Shown here piece after piece: positions 9,328 through 17,369 of a stretch of DNA of 43,016 nt. How positions within the stretch are numbered: position 1 is the first letter of the stretch; every line of letters starts with the position of its first letter. The notes beneath the pieces were generated by a model. The model was not told the DNA's origin. It worked only from the letters and a program-made list of their open reading frames with translations, and searched no databases. Source of the stretch: Candidatus Methanophagales archaeon. GTDB lineage: Archaea > Halobacteriota > Syntropharchaeia > Alkanophagales > Methanospirareceae. A program made the translations under genes and the position numbers. Where the stretch lies: NCBI GenBank assembly GCA_014859735.1, contig JACUTR010000002.1:1-43016 (forward strand). The letters run 5' to 3'.

Positions 9328-9379
9328 GTCGCCTAACGGTGAATAAACGAACTCGAATTCGTTTATCGCTCCGATACGG
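9328..9379. repeat. GTCGCCTAAC followed by an imperfect hairpin (ATAAACGAA-N-TTCGTTTAT)
   Basis: Read directly. On the gene (minus) strand it reads CCGTATCGGAGCGATAAACGAA-TTCGAG-TTCGTTTATTCACC-GTTAGGC, an imperfect hairpin of about 49 nt ending in GTTAGGC just upstream of the 294-aa ORF. Confidence 0.6.
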
Positions 9380-9434
9380 GAATTAATCCGAAGTATTTCG
9401 TTTATCCACGACTCTTGACGAACCAAACCTTTGA

Positions 9435-10190
9435 TCATTTTTCACCTCCTTTTCTAGTAGAGTGTAGAATCAATTTCTCTCTTATACGAACCACATCGCC
9501 AATCACAATTACTGCAGGTGGCTTCACTTCCTCTTTCTCAACCACTTCCACGATGTTCCCAAGCGTTCCACATACAATCCTCGCATCTTCGGTGAATCCC
9601 TTCTCAATAATAGCTACTGGTGTATCTGCAGGCATCCCGTTCTTCAAAAGTTTCTCAACATTCTTGCCAAGCGTGCCCACGCCCATTAATATAACAAGAG
9701 TGCCCTTTAAATGCGCTAAAGCACTCCAATCAAGCTCTTCTTCCTTCTCTTCCATCTCATGCCCCGTGATTATGGTAACAGAAGAAGAAACACCGCGGTA
9801 GGTAAGCGGAATGGAAAATAATGCAGGAACTGCGCTTGCGGACGTTATTCCTGGCACCACTTCAAACTCAACACCTTTTTCCCTGAGAAATGTAGCTTCT
9901 TCTCCCCCTCTACCGAAGATATACGGGTCCCCGCCCTTCAATCGCACCACCTTCTCGTACTTCTCCGACAGCTCCACCAGGAGAGCATTTATTGCATCCT
10001 GCGAAAATTTGTGCTCACTTGATGTTTTACCAATATCAATAACTTGTTTGCCCTTGGATATCAGATCCTTCACGCCTAACACGAGACGATCGACCAGGAT
10101 TACATCAGCTTCGTTTATGAGTCTGTAAGCCTTCAAACTTACCAGTTCGGGATCTCCGGGCCCAGAACCAACAAGATATACTTTTCCCAT
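9435..10190 (-). CDS. cobA: Uroporphyrinogen-III C-methyltransferase (SUMT)
   Basis: 'VYLVGSGPGDPELVSLKA', 'VVRLKGGDPYIFGRGGEE' and 'VPGITSA' are tetrapyrrole methylase motifs. Confidence 0.9.
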   Translation of the reverse strand: MGKVYLVGSGPGDPELVSLKAYRLINEADVILVDRLVLGVKDLISKGKQVIDIGKTSSEHKFSQDAINALLVELSEKYEKVVRLKGGDPYIFGRGGEEATFLREKGVEFEVVPGITSASAVPALFSIPLTYRGVSSSVTIITGHEMEEKEEELDWSALAHLKGTLVILMGVGTLGKNVEKLLKNGMPADTPVAIIEKGFTEDARIVCGTLGNIVEVVEKEEVKPPAVIVIGDVVRIREKLILHSTRKGGEK

Positions 10191-10280
10191 CTGTTGTACT
10201 ATATCCTTCGCTATTATAAAACCAAAGGCATTTTGTTTATTTTATAAGACTGAGAGGGAAATAAAAGGTACAGTAGAAAA

Positions 10281-11567
10281 ATGAAATCGGAGAAGCTTTT
10301 TGAACTTGCTTCAAGATATATGCCGGGTGGTGTCAGCAGCCCGGTGCGTGCATATACGCCGTATCCGTTTTTTACAATGCGTGCAAACGGCTCACGAATA
10401 TATGATGTAGATGGTAGAGAATATATTGACTACTGTTTAGCATATGGACCACTCGTTTTGGGACATGGTAACGAAGAAGTGAAGAATGCAGTGAGTGAAC
10501 AGCTTGAAAACGGATGGCTTTATGGCACGCCACACGAGAGGGAGATAGAGCTTGCGAAAAAGATAATAACCCATTATCCCTCGATTGAGATGGTCAGGTT
10601 TGTTAATACGGGAAGTGAAGCGACAATGGCAGGTATAAGACTTGCACGAGGGTTTAAGGAACGTGACAAAATCGTCAAGATCGAGGGAGGTTTTCATGGC
10701 GCACATGATGCCGTCCTCGTCAAAGCCGGCTCAGGGGCTACCACCTTTGGCATTCCGGACTCGAAGGGAGTCCCAAAGGATTTCGTGCGCAACACGCTTC
10801 AAGTTCCCTTTAATGATGCCGCGGCACTGAGCGCACTGCTGGAGAGGAATTCCGGTGAGGTTGCCGCGGTTATAGTAGAGCCGGTGATGGGGAATGTGGG
10901 GCCTATACCGCCGGAGGAAGGTTATTTGAGTGATATAAGAAAGATAACGAGGGAGAACGATGTGTTACTCATCCTTGATGAGGTAATTACCGGGTTCAGA
11001 CTCGCTTTGGGCGGTGCACAGGAATTTTATGGAGCAGATGCGGATTTAACGATTTTAGGCAAAATTGTAGGTGGGGGTTTTCCTATTGGTGTGCTTGGAG
11101 GTAAGAGAGAGATTATGGAGCTTGTAGCTCCCTCGGGAGCGGTATATCAGGCTGGAACTTTTAGCGGCAATCCAATTTCTATTACGGCTGGATTGAAGAC
11201 GGTAGAAATAATGGAGAGGAAACGGGTGCCACAACGGATAAACAACCTTGGCGAAAGAATGAGATCCGCTTTACGTGAAATCGTGCGCGATTCTGGCGTT
11301 GAAGCTTCTGTTTCCGGTGTAGGCTCGATGTTCCAGGTTTTTTTCAGTGCAGGAGGGATTACAGTAAGGAATTATGCTGACGCTTTAGGATGTGATAAAA
11401 ACAGATATATGAACTTATTTCATGCCATGCTCGCTTCTGGTATATTTTTACCGCCCTCGCAGTTCGAAACGAATTTCATCAGTTTCGCGCATACCGAAGA
11501 GGATGTAGAAAAAACAATAGAGGCGTATAAGGAGAATATTGACGATTCACACGGATTCCGAGTTTAG
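10281..11567 (+). CDS. hemL: Glutamate-1-semialdehyde 2,1-aminomutase
   Basis: '[11 protein letters not shown]', 'VNTGSEA' and the PLP-Lys segment '[12 protein letters not shown]' are present. Confidence 0.95.
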   Translation: MKSEKLFELASRYMPGGVSSPVRAYTPYPFFTMRANGSRIYDVDGREYIDYCLAYGPLVLGHGNEEVKNAVSEQLENGWLYGTPHEREIELAKKIITHYPSIEMVRFVNTGSEATMAGIRLARGFKERDKIVKIEGGFHGAHDAVLVKAGSGATTFGIPDSKGVPKDFVRNTLQVPFNDAAALSALLERNSGEVAAVIVEPVMGNVGPIPPEEGYLSDIRKITRENDVLLILDEVITGFRLALGGAQEFYGADADLTILGKIVGGGFPIGVLGGKREIMELVAPSGAVYQAGTFSGNPISITAGLKTVEIMERKRVPQRINNLGERMRSALREIVRDSGVEASVSGVGSMFQVFFSAGGITVRNYADALGCDKNRYMNLFHAMLASGIFLPPSQFETNFISFAHTEEDVEKTIEAYKENIDDSHGFRV

Positions 11568-11584
11568 TGACGGAGTAACTACAA

Positions 11585-12484
11585 ATGATTATCGGTACGA
11601 GAGGTAGTAAACTAGCGATTTTGCAGACTGAGAAGGTATGTGAGAGGTTGAAAGAGCTTGAATTGGGATACGAGTGTACGATAAAGACGGTGAGTAGCTT
11701 AGGAGATGTTATTACGAACAGAGCATTATATGACATGCCATCGGAGGGTGTTTTTGTGAAAAGACTTGATATGCTGCTTTTGGCTGGTAAAATAGACATC
11801 GCGGTGCATAGCATGAAGGATATACCTTTGGAAAGAGATGAAAAGTTAGAGACGTCGGCGGTTTTACCTCGTGATTCTCCTTTTGATGTCCTCGTCTCAC
11901 GGTACAGATTGGATGATATGCCGGACGGTGCAGTGATAGGGACTTCAAGTGTGAGAAGGAGATTTCAATTTTTGAATTACGCTCGGGAGAAGGGTGTAAA
12001 AGTAGCGATAAAGGATATCAGAGGTAACGTTGACACGAGGATCAAGAAGTTCCGGAGAGGCGAATATGATGGTGTGATTCTTGCTGAAGCAGGGCTTGCG
12101 AGGTTGGCTATGGGCATAGAATATGAACGGCTTGATCGCAACCCTTTTGTGCCTTCGCCAGGACAGGGGATAATTGCAGTCGTTGCGAGAAAAGGGTCGG
12201 AGGAGAGCGATATTTTAAAGGAGATGGACGATGCGGAGACGAGGGTGGAGGCTGAAGTGGAGCGGGAAGTATTAAAAGTAATTGGTGGGGGGTGTTCGCT
12301 TCCGGTAGGAGTGCATGCTTGTTGTAAAGGAGAAGAGGTGGAATTGGCGGTCTATATCGGGCCTTCTTTTGAAAGATACATTTTAGAAAAAGTTGTTCTT
12401 TCCAGAGATTACTATTTGGAGGAGGCACGAGATTTTATCTCACGAGTACTGGTAGATCTAGATCATTGGTCCCGCCATTACTAA
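11585..12484 (+). CDS. hemC: Hydroxymethylbilane synthase (porphobilinogen deaminase)
   Basis: 'IIGTRGSKLAILQTE', 'HSMKDIP', 'GTSSVRR' and 'IRGNVDTR' are present. Confidence 0.9.
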   Translation: MIIGTRGSKLAILQTEKVCERLKELELGYECTIKTVSSLGDVITNRALYDMPSEGVFVKRLDMLLLAGKIDIAVHSMKDIPLERDEKLETSAVLPRDSPFDVLVSRYRLDDMPDGAVIGTSSVRRRFQFLNYAREKGVKVAIKDIRGNVDTRIKKFRRGEYDGVILAEAGLARLAMGIEYERLDRNPFVPSPGQGIIAVVARKGSEESDILKEMDDAETRVEAEVEREVLKVIGGGCSLPVGVHACCKGEEVELAVYIGPSFERYILEKVVLSRDYYLEEARDFISRVLVDLDHWSRHY

Positions 12485-12540
12485 AAAAAGTTTTTTTCTT
12501 AGCACACCCCAGTTTTAACATGAAGAATCAGTGAGGAACA

Positions 12541-14250
12541 ATGGAAGAGATAAGGGCAAAGATACGGAAATACGCGTTGCAGAATGCAGTGAGGTATGAG
12601 AAACCACCTAAAGCAGATGCCGTGCTGAAGAAGATGCTGGCAGAAGATCCCGAGTTGAGGAAGGATGCGAAACGCCTCTCAACATTAATAGAAGAGGAGA
12701 TCAAGAGTATAGAGTCACTGAGTAAGGAAGAACGTGTCGAAGAATTGGCTACAATCGCCCCGGAATTAATAGAAGAGTTAACAGCAAAGGAGAAAGAACC
12801 GAAGCGTGTTGAAATCGGATTGCCCGAATTGCCGCATGCAAGGGGCGAAAAAGTGGTGATGCGATTCGCGCCCAATCCGAATGGGCCTGCAACACTGGGC
12901 AGTGCTCGGGGCATCATTCTCAACTCGGAATATGCTCGGATGTATGAGGGGGAATTCATTCTGAGGTTTGATGACACCGATCCGTTATTGAAGAGGCCAT
13001 TATTAGAAGCGTATGACTGGTATCTTGAGGATTGCGTATGGCTGGATGCCGAGCCGGATGAGGTCATTGTGGCATCGGAACGTATAGCGCTGTATTATCC
13101 GTTTGCGGAGGAGCTGATTAAAAGAGGAGCTGCTTATGTCTGTTTTTGTCCTGCAGAGACGTTTAAAACGTATAAAGAGCAGAAACTGCCCTGCCCTCAC
13201 AGGAGTGTTGGCGTTGCAGAGAATATGGACTGGTGGGAAAAGATGTTGAGCGGTGTTTACGAAGAAAAAGAAGCAGTGCTGAGGATAAAAACGGATATGG
13301 CAAGTGCAGACCCAGCTCTACGAGATTGGGTCGCATTCCGAATTTTAAAGAGGGAGCATCCGCTGGTTGGAGATCGATATCTGCTCTGGCCAACGCTCGA
13401 TTTTGAATCCGCGGTAGAGGACCACTTGCTTGGCATAACGCACATCTTAAGGGGGAAGGACCTCATGAAATCGGAACTGAAGCAGCGGTTTTTATACAAC
13501 CATCTTGGCTGGAAGTATCCGATAACCATGCTCTGGGGTAAAATAAAAGTGCAGGAGTTCGGTAAATTCAGCACTTCGGAGCTCCGAAGAAGGATAGAAG
13601 GTGGTGAATACGAAGGATGGGATGACCCTCGCCTCCCAACGGTACGGGCACTTCGCAGACGGGGGTTCCAGCCAGAAGCGATTCGTAAGTTTTTTGTCTC
13701 TGCCAGCATCACGCAGACTGACATCGCGGTGAGCATGAAGAATCTGTATGCGGAGAATCGAAAGATGGTGGATGCCACGGCACTGAGATACTTTTTCGTG
13801 CGTAATCCCGCAAAGATGAGAGTGGAGGATGGGCAATCGTTTGTGGCTCAGGCATTGAAGCATCCCTCCCGCGAGGAGTACCGGGAGATAAAAACGGGCA
13901 ATATTATTTACCTCAGTAGTGATGATGCCGCTAAACTCAACGTGGGGCAACAATTAAGACTGAAATATCTCTGTACGGTCGAAATGGTGAGCACTGAGCC
14001 ATTAGTAGCAAAGGTTATAGAGAGAGAAACACACCAACTAGCCGAGATGCCGGTTATCCAGTGGGCTCCTACAGACGGGATAAAAGTCCGAGTAAAGAGA
14101 CCTGAGGGACTAGATGAAGGTCTGGGCGAGCCCTCGATTGCTACCGAGTTATGGAATGTGGTTCAGTTCGAACGGTACGGGTTCGTCAGGATTGATTCGG
14201 TTGTGGAAAAAGAGACGGGAACGGAGGTCGTGGCATATTTCACGCACTGA
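12541..14250 (+). CDS. gltX: Archaeal-type glutamyl-tRNA synthetase homologue with a degenerate HIGH motif
   Basis: 'RFAPNPNGP', 'LRFDDTDP', 'GITHILRGKDL', 'FSTSE' and 'GWDDPRLPT' are present. The HIGH position reads TLGS (12892-12903). Confidence 0.8.
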   Translation: MEEIRAKIRKYALQNAVRYEKPPKADAVLKKMLAEDPELRKDAKRLSTLIEEEIKSIESLSKEERVEELATIAPELIEELTAKEKEPKRVEIGLPELPHARGEKVVMRFAPNPNGPATLGSARGIILNSEYARMYEGEFILRFDDTDPLLKRPLLEAYDWYLEDCVWLDAEPDEVIVASERIALYYPFAEELIKRGAAYVCFCPAETFKTYKEQKLPCPHRSVGVAENMDWWEKMLSGVYEEKEAVLRIKTDMASADPALRDWVAFRILKREHPLVGDRYLLWPTLDFESAVEDHLLGITHILRGKDLMKSELKQRFLYNHLGWKYPITMLWGKIKVQEFGKFSTSELRRRIEGGEYEGWDDPRLPTVRALRRRGFQPEAIRKFFVSASITQTDIAVSMKNLYAENRKMVDATALRYFFVRNPAKMRVEDGQSFVAQALKHPSREEYREIKTGNIIYLSSDDAAKLNVGQQLRLKYLCTVEMVSTEPLVAKVIERETHQLAEMPVIQWAPTDGIKVRVKRPEGLDEGLGEPSIATELWNVVQFERYGFVRIDSVVEKETGTEVVAYFTH

Positions 14251-14274
14251 TCTTTCTTTAGAAAAGAAAGATCA
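14248..14274 (+). terminator. Hairpin overlapping the gltX stop (TGATCTTTCTT-tagaa-AAGAAAGATCA)
   Basis: An 11-bp perfect stem starts at the TGA stop codon. It lies in a convergent intergenic region. Confidence 0.4.
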
Positions 14275-14339
14275 ATCAAAGAAACTGACTTTTCGGAAGC
14301 GACAGGTATTATAAAAGTAGTTGTATAGCTTACATAAAA

Positions 14340-14500
14340 AACCACGAGATTTCACAAGATTAGCACAAGAAATTGAATTAATTAGGGATAAAATAATCAA
14401 TAAAGTACTGAAACCTGGTTACTATTATTTCTCCTGAAATAAACCCTTTCAGGGTTTTCGGGGACGTGGGCAGAGCCCACGATGTGTAATCTTGTGGTTC
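14340..14500. mobile_element. MITE-like element of about 160 bp, with no ORF, sharing termini with the GxxExxY element at 21381-21871
   Basis: The left end is AACCACGAGATTTCACAAGATTAG and the right end is TAATCTTGTGGTT, giving the inverted repeat CACAAGATTA / TAATCTTGTG. The GC-rich double hairpin lies inside it at 14441-14481. Confidence 0.6.
14441..14481. repeat. GC-rich double-hairpin repeat, copy 1 (AAACCCTttcAGGGTTT-tcgggga-CGTGGGCagaGCCCACG)
   Basis: Read directly. Related copies lie at 21399-21440, 33579-33622 and 36681-36760. Confidence 0.85.
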
Positions 14501-14515
14501 GCTAATCAAACACGA

Positions 14516-15316
14516 TTATAAAGAAAGGTTGTTGATAAACTCCAAACTTTCTATTCCTCCCTCCATTGTGTACAACTCCAACACCACGAGCCCCTCATAT
14601 TCAGTATCAGTAATTCCGTTGAGGACCTTCTTCCAATCCAGGCTGCCTTTTCCCAATGGCAAATGGAGATCCTCCGCTCCGAAATTATCGCTCGCATGCA
14701 GGTGTATCATCTCTATATCCTCAGCCTTTGCCTTAATATCGAGGAACTCATCCATTGTTTTTGTCGTATGCGCATGTGCCACATCAACGCATATCCCGAT
14801 ATTATCCCTATTCACACCTCGCACGAGCTGAATGAGTTCATCGGGATATCTTCCCAGCATCATATTCACCGACGGCAAATTCTCCACTGCTATGCGTAAT
14901 CCTCGGTCAGCAGCAAAATCACAAAGCGCCGTCAAACCCGCAACCGCCTTCTGAACTGCCTTCTCCGGCATCTGTATGGACAGTGGTGAGAAAATGCCCG
15001 GATGCACGACGCAGAGATCAGCAATGAATTCGTAGGTGTTCTCTATACTCTCTTTTACCTGACGTACGCTCTCCTTCCACATCCGCTCGTTTACACTCGC
15101 TATATTAATATCAGAGAGGGGCGCGTGTAAGGAAAGAACAAGGGTCGTTGTTTCGTATAGTTCCCTCACCCGCTCTTTAAATTCACCTTCCACTTTTTGG
15201 ACTCCTTCTCCTACAATCTCCCATCCCTGGAACCCTGCATCTTCCAGGCTATACATCCACTCCTGTGGGTTTCTGCACGCATCTACCAGGGAAAAGCTTA
15301 TCTTCGCGTTCATCAC
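14516..15316 (-). CDS. Xylose-isomerase-like TIM-barrel protein (sugar phosphate isomerase/epimerase or AP-endonuclease-2 fold)
   Basis: The 266-aa ORF shows the family's metal-ligand pattern: 'LSLHAP', 'VVHPG', 'IAVENL', 'CVDVAHA', 'IHLHASDN' and 'LVVLEL'. Confidence 0.6.
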   Translation of the reverse strand: MMNAKISFSLVDACRNPQEWMYSLEDAGFQGWEIVGEGVQKVEGEFKERVRELYETTTLVLSLHAPLSDINIASVNERMWKESVRQVKESIENTYEFIADLCVVHPGIFSPLSIQMPEKAVQKAVAGLTALCDFAADRGLRIAVENLPSVNMMLGRYPDELIQLVRGVNRDNIGICVDVAHAHTTKTMDEFLDIKAKAEDIEMIHLHASDNFGAEDLHLPLGKGSLDWKKVLNGITDTEYEGLVVLELYTMEGGIESLEFINNLSL

Positions 15317-15319
15317 ACT

Positions 15320-15350
15320 AAAACTTTTTAGAAAAAAGTTTTATCAAAAA
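15320..15350. promoter_or_regulatory. 31-nt AT-rich palindromic motif AAAACTTTTTAGAAAAAAGTTTTATCAAAAA (copy 1)
   Basis: The core is a 10-bp/2-nt/10-bp palindrome. It is 30/31 identical to the reverse complement of 19853-19885. It lies 4-7 nt upstream of the start of the 14516-15316 gene, and a TATA-like TTTATAAAAAG lies further upstream on the gene strand. Confidence 0.5.
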
Positions 15351-15420
15351 TAATAGTTTCTTTTTATAAATACAATACAAACTTTAGGACTATCAGAAGT
15401 TAGCAGTTTCTTTGGTCAAG

Positions 15421-15439
15421 CTTTCTTTTCCAAAGAAAG
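15421..15439 (-). terminator. Hairpin CTTTCTTT-tcc-AAAGAAAG just after the mobB stop
   Basis: An 8-bp stem lies 6 nt downstream of the mobB stop in T-rich surroundings. Confidence 0.35.
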
Positions 15440-15444
15440 GTTGT

Positions 15445-15894
15445 TTAATAATCCTCTAATGATAGAATAAGTTGAACGAGCTCTTTTATCATCTCCTCCT
15501 TCATCTGAGGATTCCCTCTAAAATCGACGCGCTTTCGTATAGTACTGACTTGATTCTTTGAAAAGTCGCTCAGTGCTATCTTCGGTAAGTTACTGCTCTT
15601 AAACCCTTCGACGAGCACGAAATCAACACCTGAGGTCGCCATTTCAGCTATCAATTCCCCTAAATTCTTTGATCCGTAAAGTTTTACGGTCTTTTCAGGT
15701 GAAGCGCCTATAACAACTTCAGCTCCGGCGTTAAAGAACCGATCTGTATCTTTTGCCGTGGCAACAGCCAAATCCAACTCGTGAGCGTGTTTTATACAGC
15801 CAACTTTACCGTATTCCTTCAGATAGGCAATCAAATACTCGATAAGAGATGTTTTCCCTGACTTCTTCTCGCCTATTATGGATATCACTTTCAT
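15445..15894 (-). CDS. mobB: Molybdopterin-guanine dinucleotide biosynthesis adapter protein MobB
   Basis: P-loop 'IIGEKKSGKTS' is present and size is about 149 aa from the ATG at 15894. The upstream extension in the ORF track has no family signal. Confidence 0.7.
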   Translation of the reverse strand: MKVISIIGEKKSGKTSLIEYLIAYLKEYGKVGCIKHAHELDLAVATAKDTDRFFNAGAEVVIGASPEKTVKLYGSKNLGELIAEMATSGVDFVLVEGFKSSNLPKIALSDFSKNQVSTIRKRVDFRGNPQMKEEMIKELVQLILSLEDY

Positions 15895-16038
15895 CTTTTT
15901 GTCTCTCCCCTCACTCTTCTTACAATTTATAAAGGGCGGGATATAGTAGTAAAATCCCCATATCATCTTGAAATTTAAAAAGAGTTATAAAAGCATAAGT
16001 AATACTAAAGAACTGCACGTTCCTATCAGAGAAGAACC

Positions 16039-16356
16039 ATGGTAGCAGAAGCGCTTAAGTCAATTAGGGGAGGAGAAGAGGAAGGCAGGAAGCTCATAGA
16101 GGGGGCTAGAGAGAGCGCCGCGAGGATACTAAAAGAGGCTGAGGAAGAAGTAAAGAGGTTAAAGGAGGAGGCACGGGCGGATGAAAAGAGCTTAGCCCGT
16201 GAGATCTCAGAGAAGCATGCACAGGAAGGTGAGAAGGAAGGGAATGTGATCATGAAAAATGCTGAGAAAGAGGCGGAGAAACTGAAATCAATCGCAGAAT
16301 CAAATCTTGACGGTACGATAAACTTCGTGTTAGAAAAAATTTTAGGTTTGAGGTGA
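16039..16356 (+). CDS. atpH: A-type ATP synthase subunit H-like coiled-coil protein
   Basis: The 105-aa protein is E/K/A-rich and predicted helical. Its stop overlaps the GTG start of the subunit E gene (GTGA). Confidence 0.55.
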   Translation: MVAEALKSIRGGEEEGRKLIEGARESAARILKEAEEEVKRLKEEARADEKSLAREISEKHAQEGEKEGNVIMKNAEKEAEKLKSIAESNLDGTINFVLEKILGLR

Positions 16357-17015
16357 TTCGCGTGGGTGTGAAAGAGATAGTGGAGAGGATGGAGCGCGAA
16401 GCAACTGCAGAGAGGGGGAGAATAGTGCGCGAAGCGAAAGAGAACGCAAATAAGAAGCTCGCAGAAGCAAGAAAAGAGCTCGAACTTCAAAAGAAGCGCT
16501 TTATTGAGGCTGAGGAAAAAAGAGGTGTTGAGGAGAAGGAACGAATTATTAGAGCCGCTCGATTAAATGCGCGAAAGCTCAGGTGGAAGGTGGAAGAGGA
16601 GATGATAGGGAAAGCATTGGAGGGCGCAACGAAGCGAATAAAGGATGTTAAAAGAGAAGGGTTCAACGGTAAATCGTATTCAACTATCCTCTCTGGTTTG
16701 ATAAAGGATGCCGCACTGAGTATACTCGCTGGTGGCCGTGCAGGCGGTGAATTAGCCGTGATGCTCAGCGAGGAGGACGCAGCTGCATCCTTTGTGAAGC
16801 CTGACATGCTCAAAAAGATAGCTGATGAAATAAACCAGGATAAAGGTGTAAAGGTGAGGTTGTCGCTCTCTGGTGAGAGGATAAGGTCAGCCGGAGGGGT
16901 TATTGTACGGGGAAAAGAGGGGAATATAGAGGTGAATAATACGTTTGAGCAGCGGATGGCACGATTCTTCACCAGTTTACGAGAGGAGGTACTGAAAACA
17001 CTCTTTATGAAATAA
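16353..17015 (+). CDS. atpE: A-type ATP synthase subunit E (peripheral stalk)
   Basis: It has a long N-terminal charged helix and a C-terminal globular part ending 'IEVNNTFEQRMARFFTSLREEVLKTLF', which is typical of subunit E. Confidence 0.75.
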   Translation: MIRVGVKEIVERMEREATAERGRIVREAKENANKKLAEARKELELQKKRFIEAEEKRGVEEKERIIRAARLNARKLRWKVEEEMIGKALEGATKRIKDVKREGFNGKSYSTILSGLIKDAALSILAGGRAGGELAVMLSEEDAAASFVKPDMLKKIADEINQDKGVKVRLSLSGERIRSAGGVIVRGKEGNIEVNNTFEQRMARFFTSLREEVLKTLFMK

Positions 17016-17025
17016 TTTCAAGAAG

Positions 17026-17352
17026 ATGATCGCGATAATAGGAGACCCTGATACCGCTGCAGGGTTCAGGCTTGGGGGTGTGAAAGAGGTGTATGAGTAT
17101 AGCCCTGAGGGAGGAGAAGATGTTGCCCGGGTCCTAGATAAATTGGCAAAGGGAGATGTTGCGATCATTATTGTAAACGAACGACTTGCCGCTGACGCAC
17201 GAATTAGGGATAAGATAAGGGAGCTAAATGCAAAGAAAAAAGGCGTCATACCCATTATCATCGAGGTGCCGGACAAAGAAGGGCCGATGAAGAAGGAGGT
17301 TGACGAGATAGGACAGTTAATAAAACGTGCGGTGGGCATTGCCGTTAAATAA
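17026..17352 (+). CDS. atpF: A-type ATP synthase subunit F
   Basis: 'IAIIGDPDTAAGFRLGGV' and 'VAIIIVNE' are present. Size is 108 aa. Confidence 0.8.
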   Translation: MIAIIGDPDTAAGFRLGGVKEVYEYSPEGGEDVARVLDKLAKGDVAIIIVNERLAADARIRDKIRELNAKKKGVIPIIIEVPDKEGPMKKEVDEIGQLIKRAVGIAVK

Positions 17353-17369
17353 AAGGTTACATTGTGCAT

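Noticed and set aside
12528-13067. Long antisense ORFs opposite real genes (for example 12528-13067, 13257-13778, 16026-16490, 16487-16972, 2454-2849, 22700-23137, 31750-32157, 33837-34262)
   Set aside because: They are low-complexity, Ser/Leu/Pro-rich translations lying entirely inside well-supported genes on the other strand. They are shadow ORFs.
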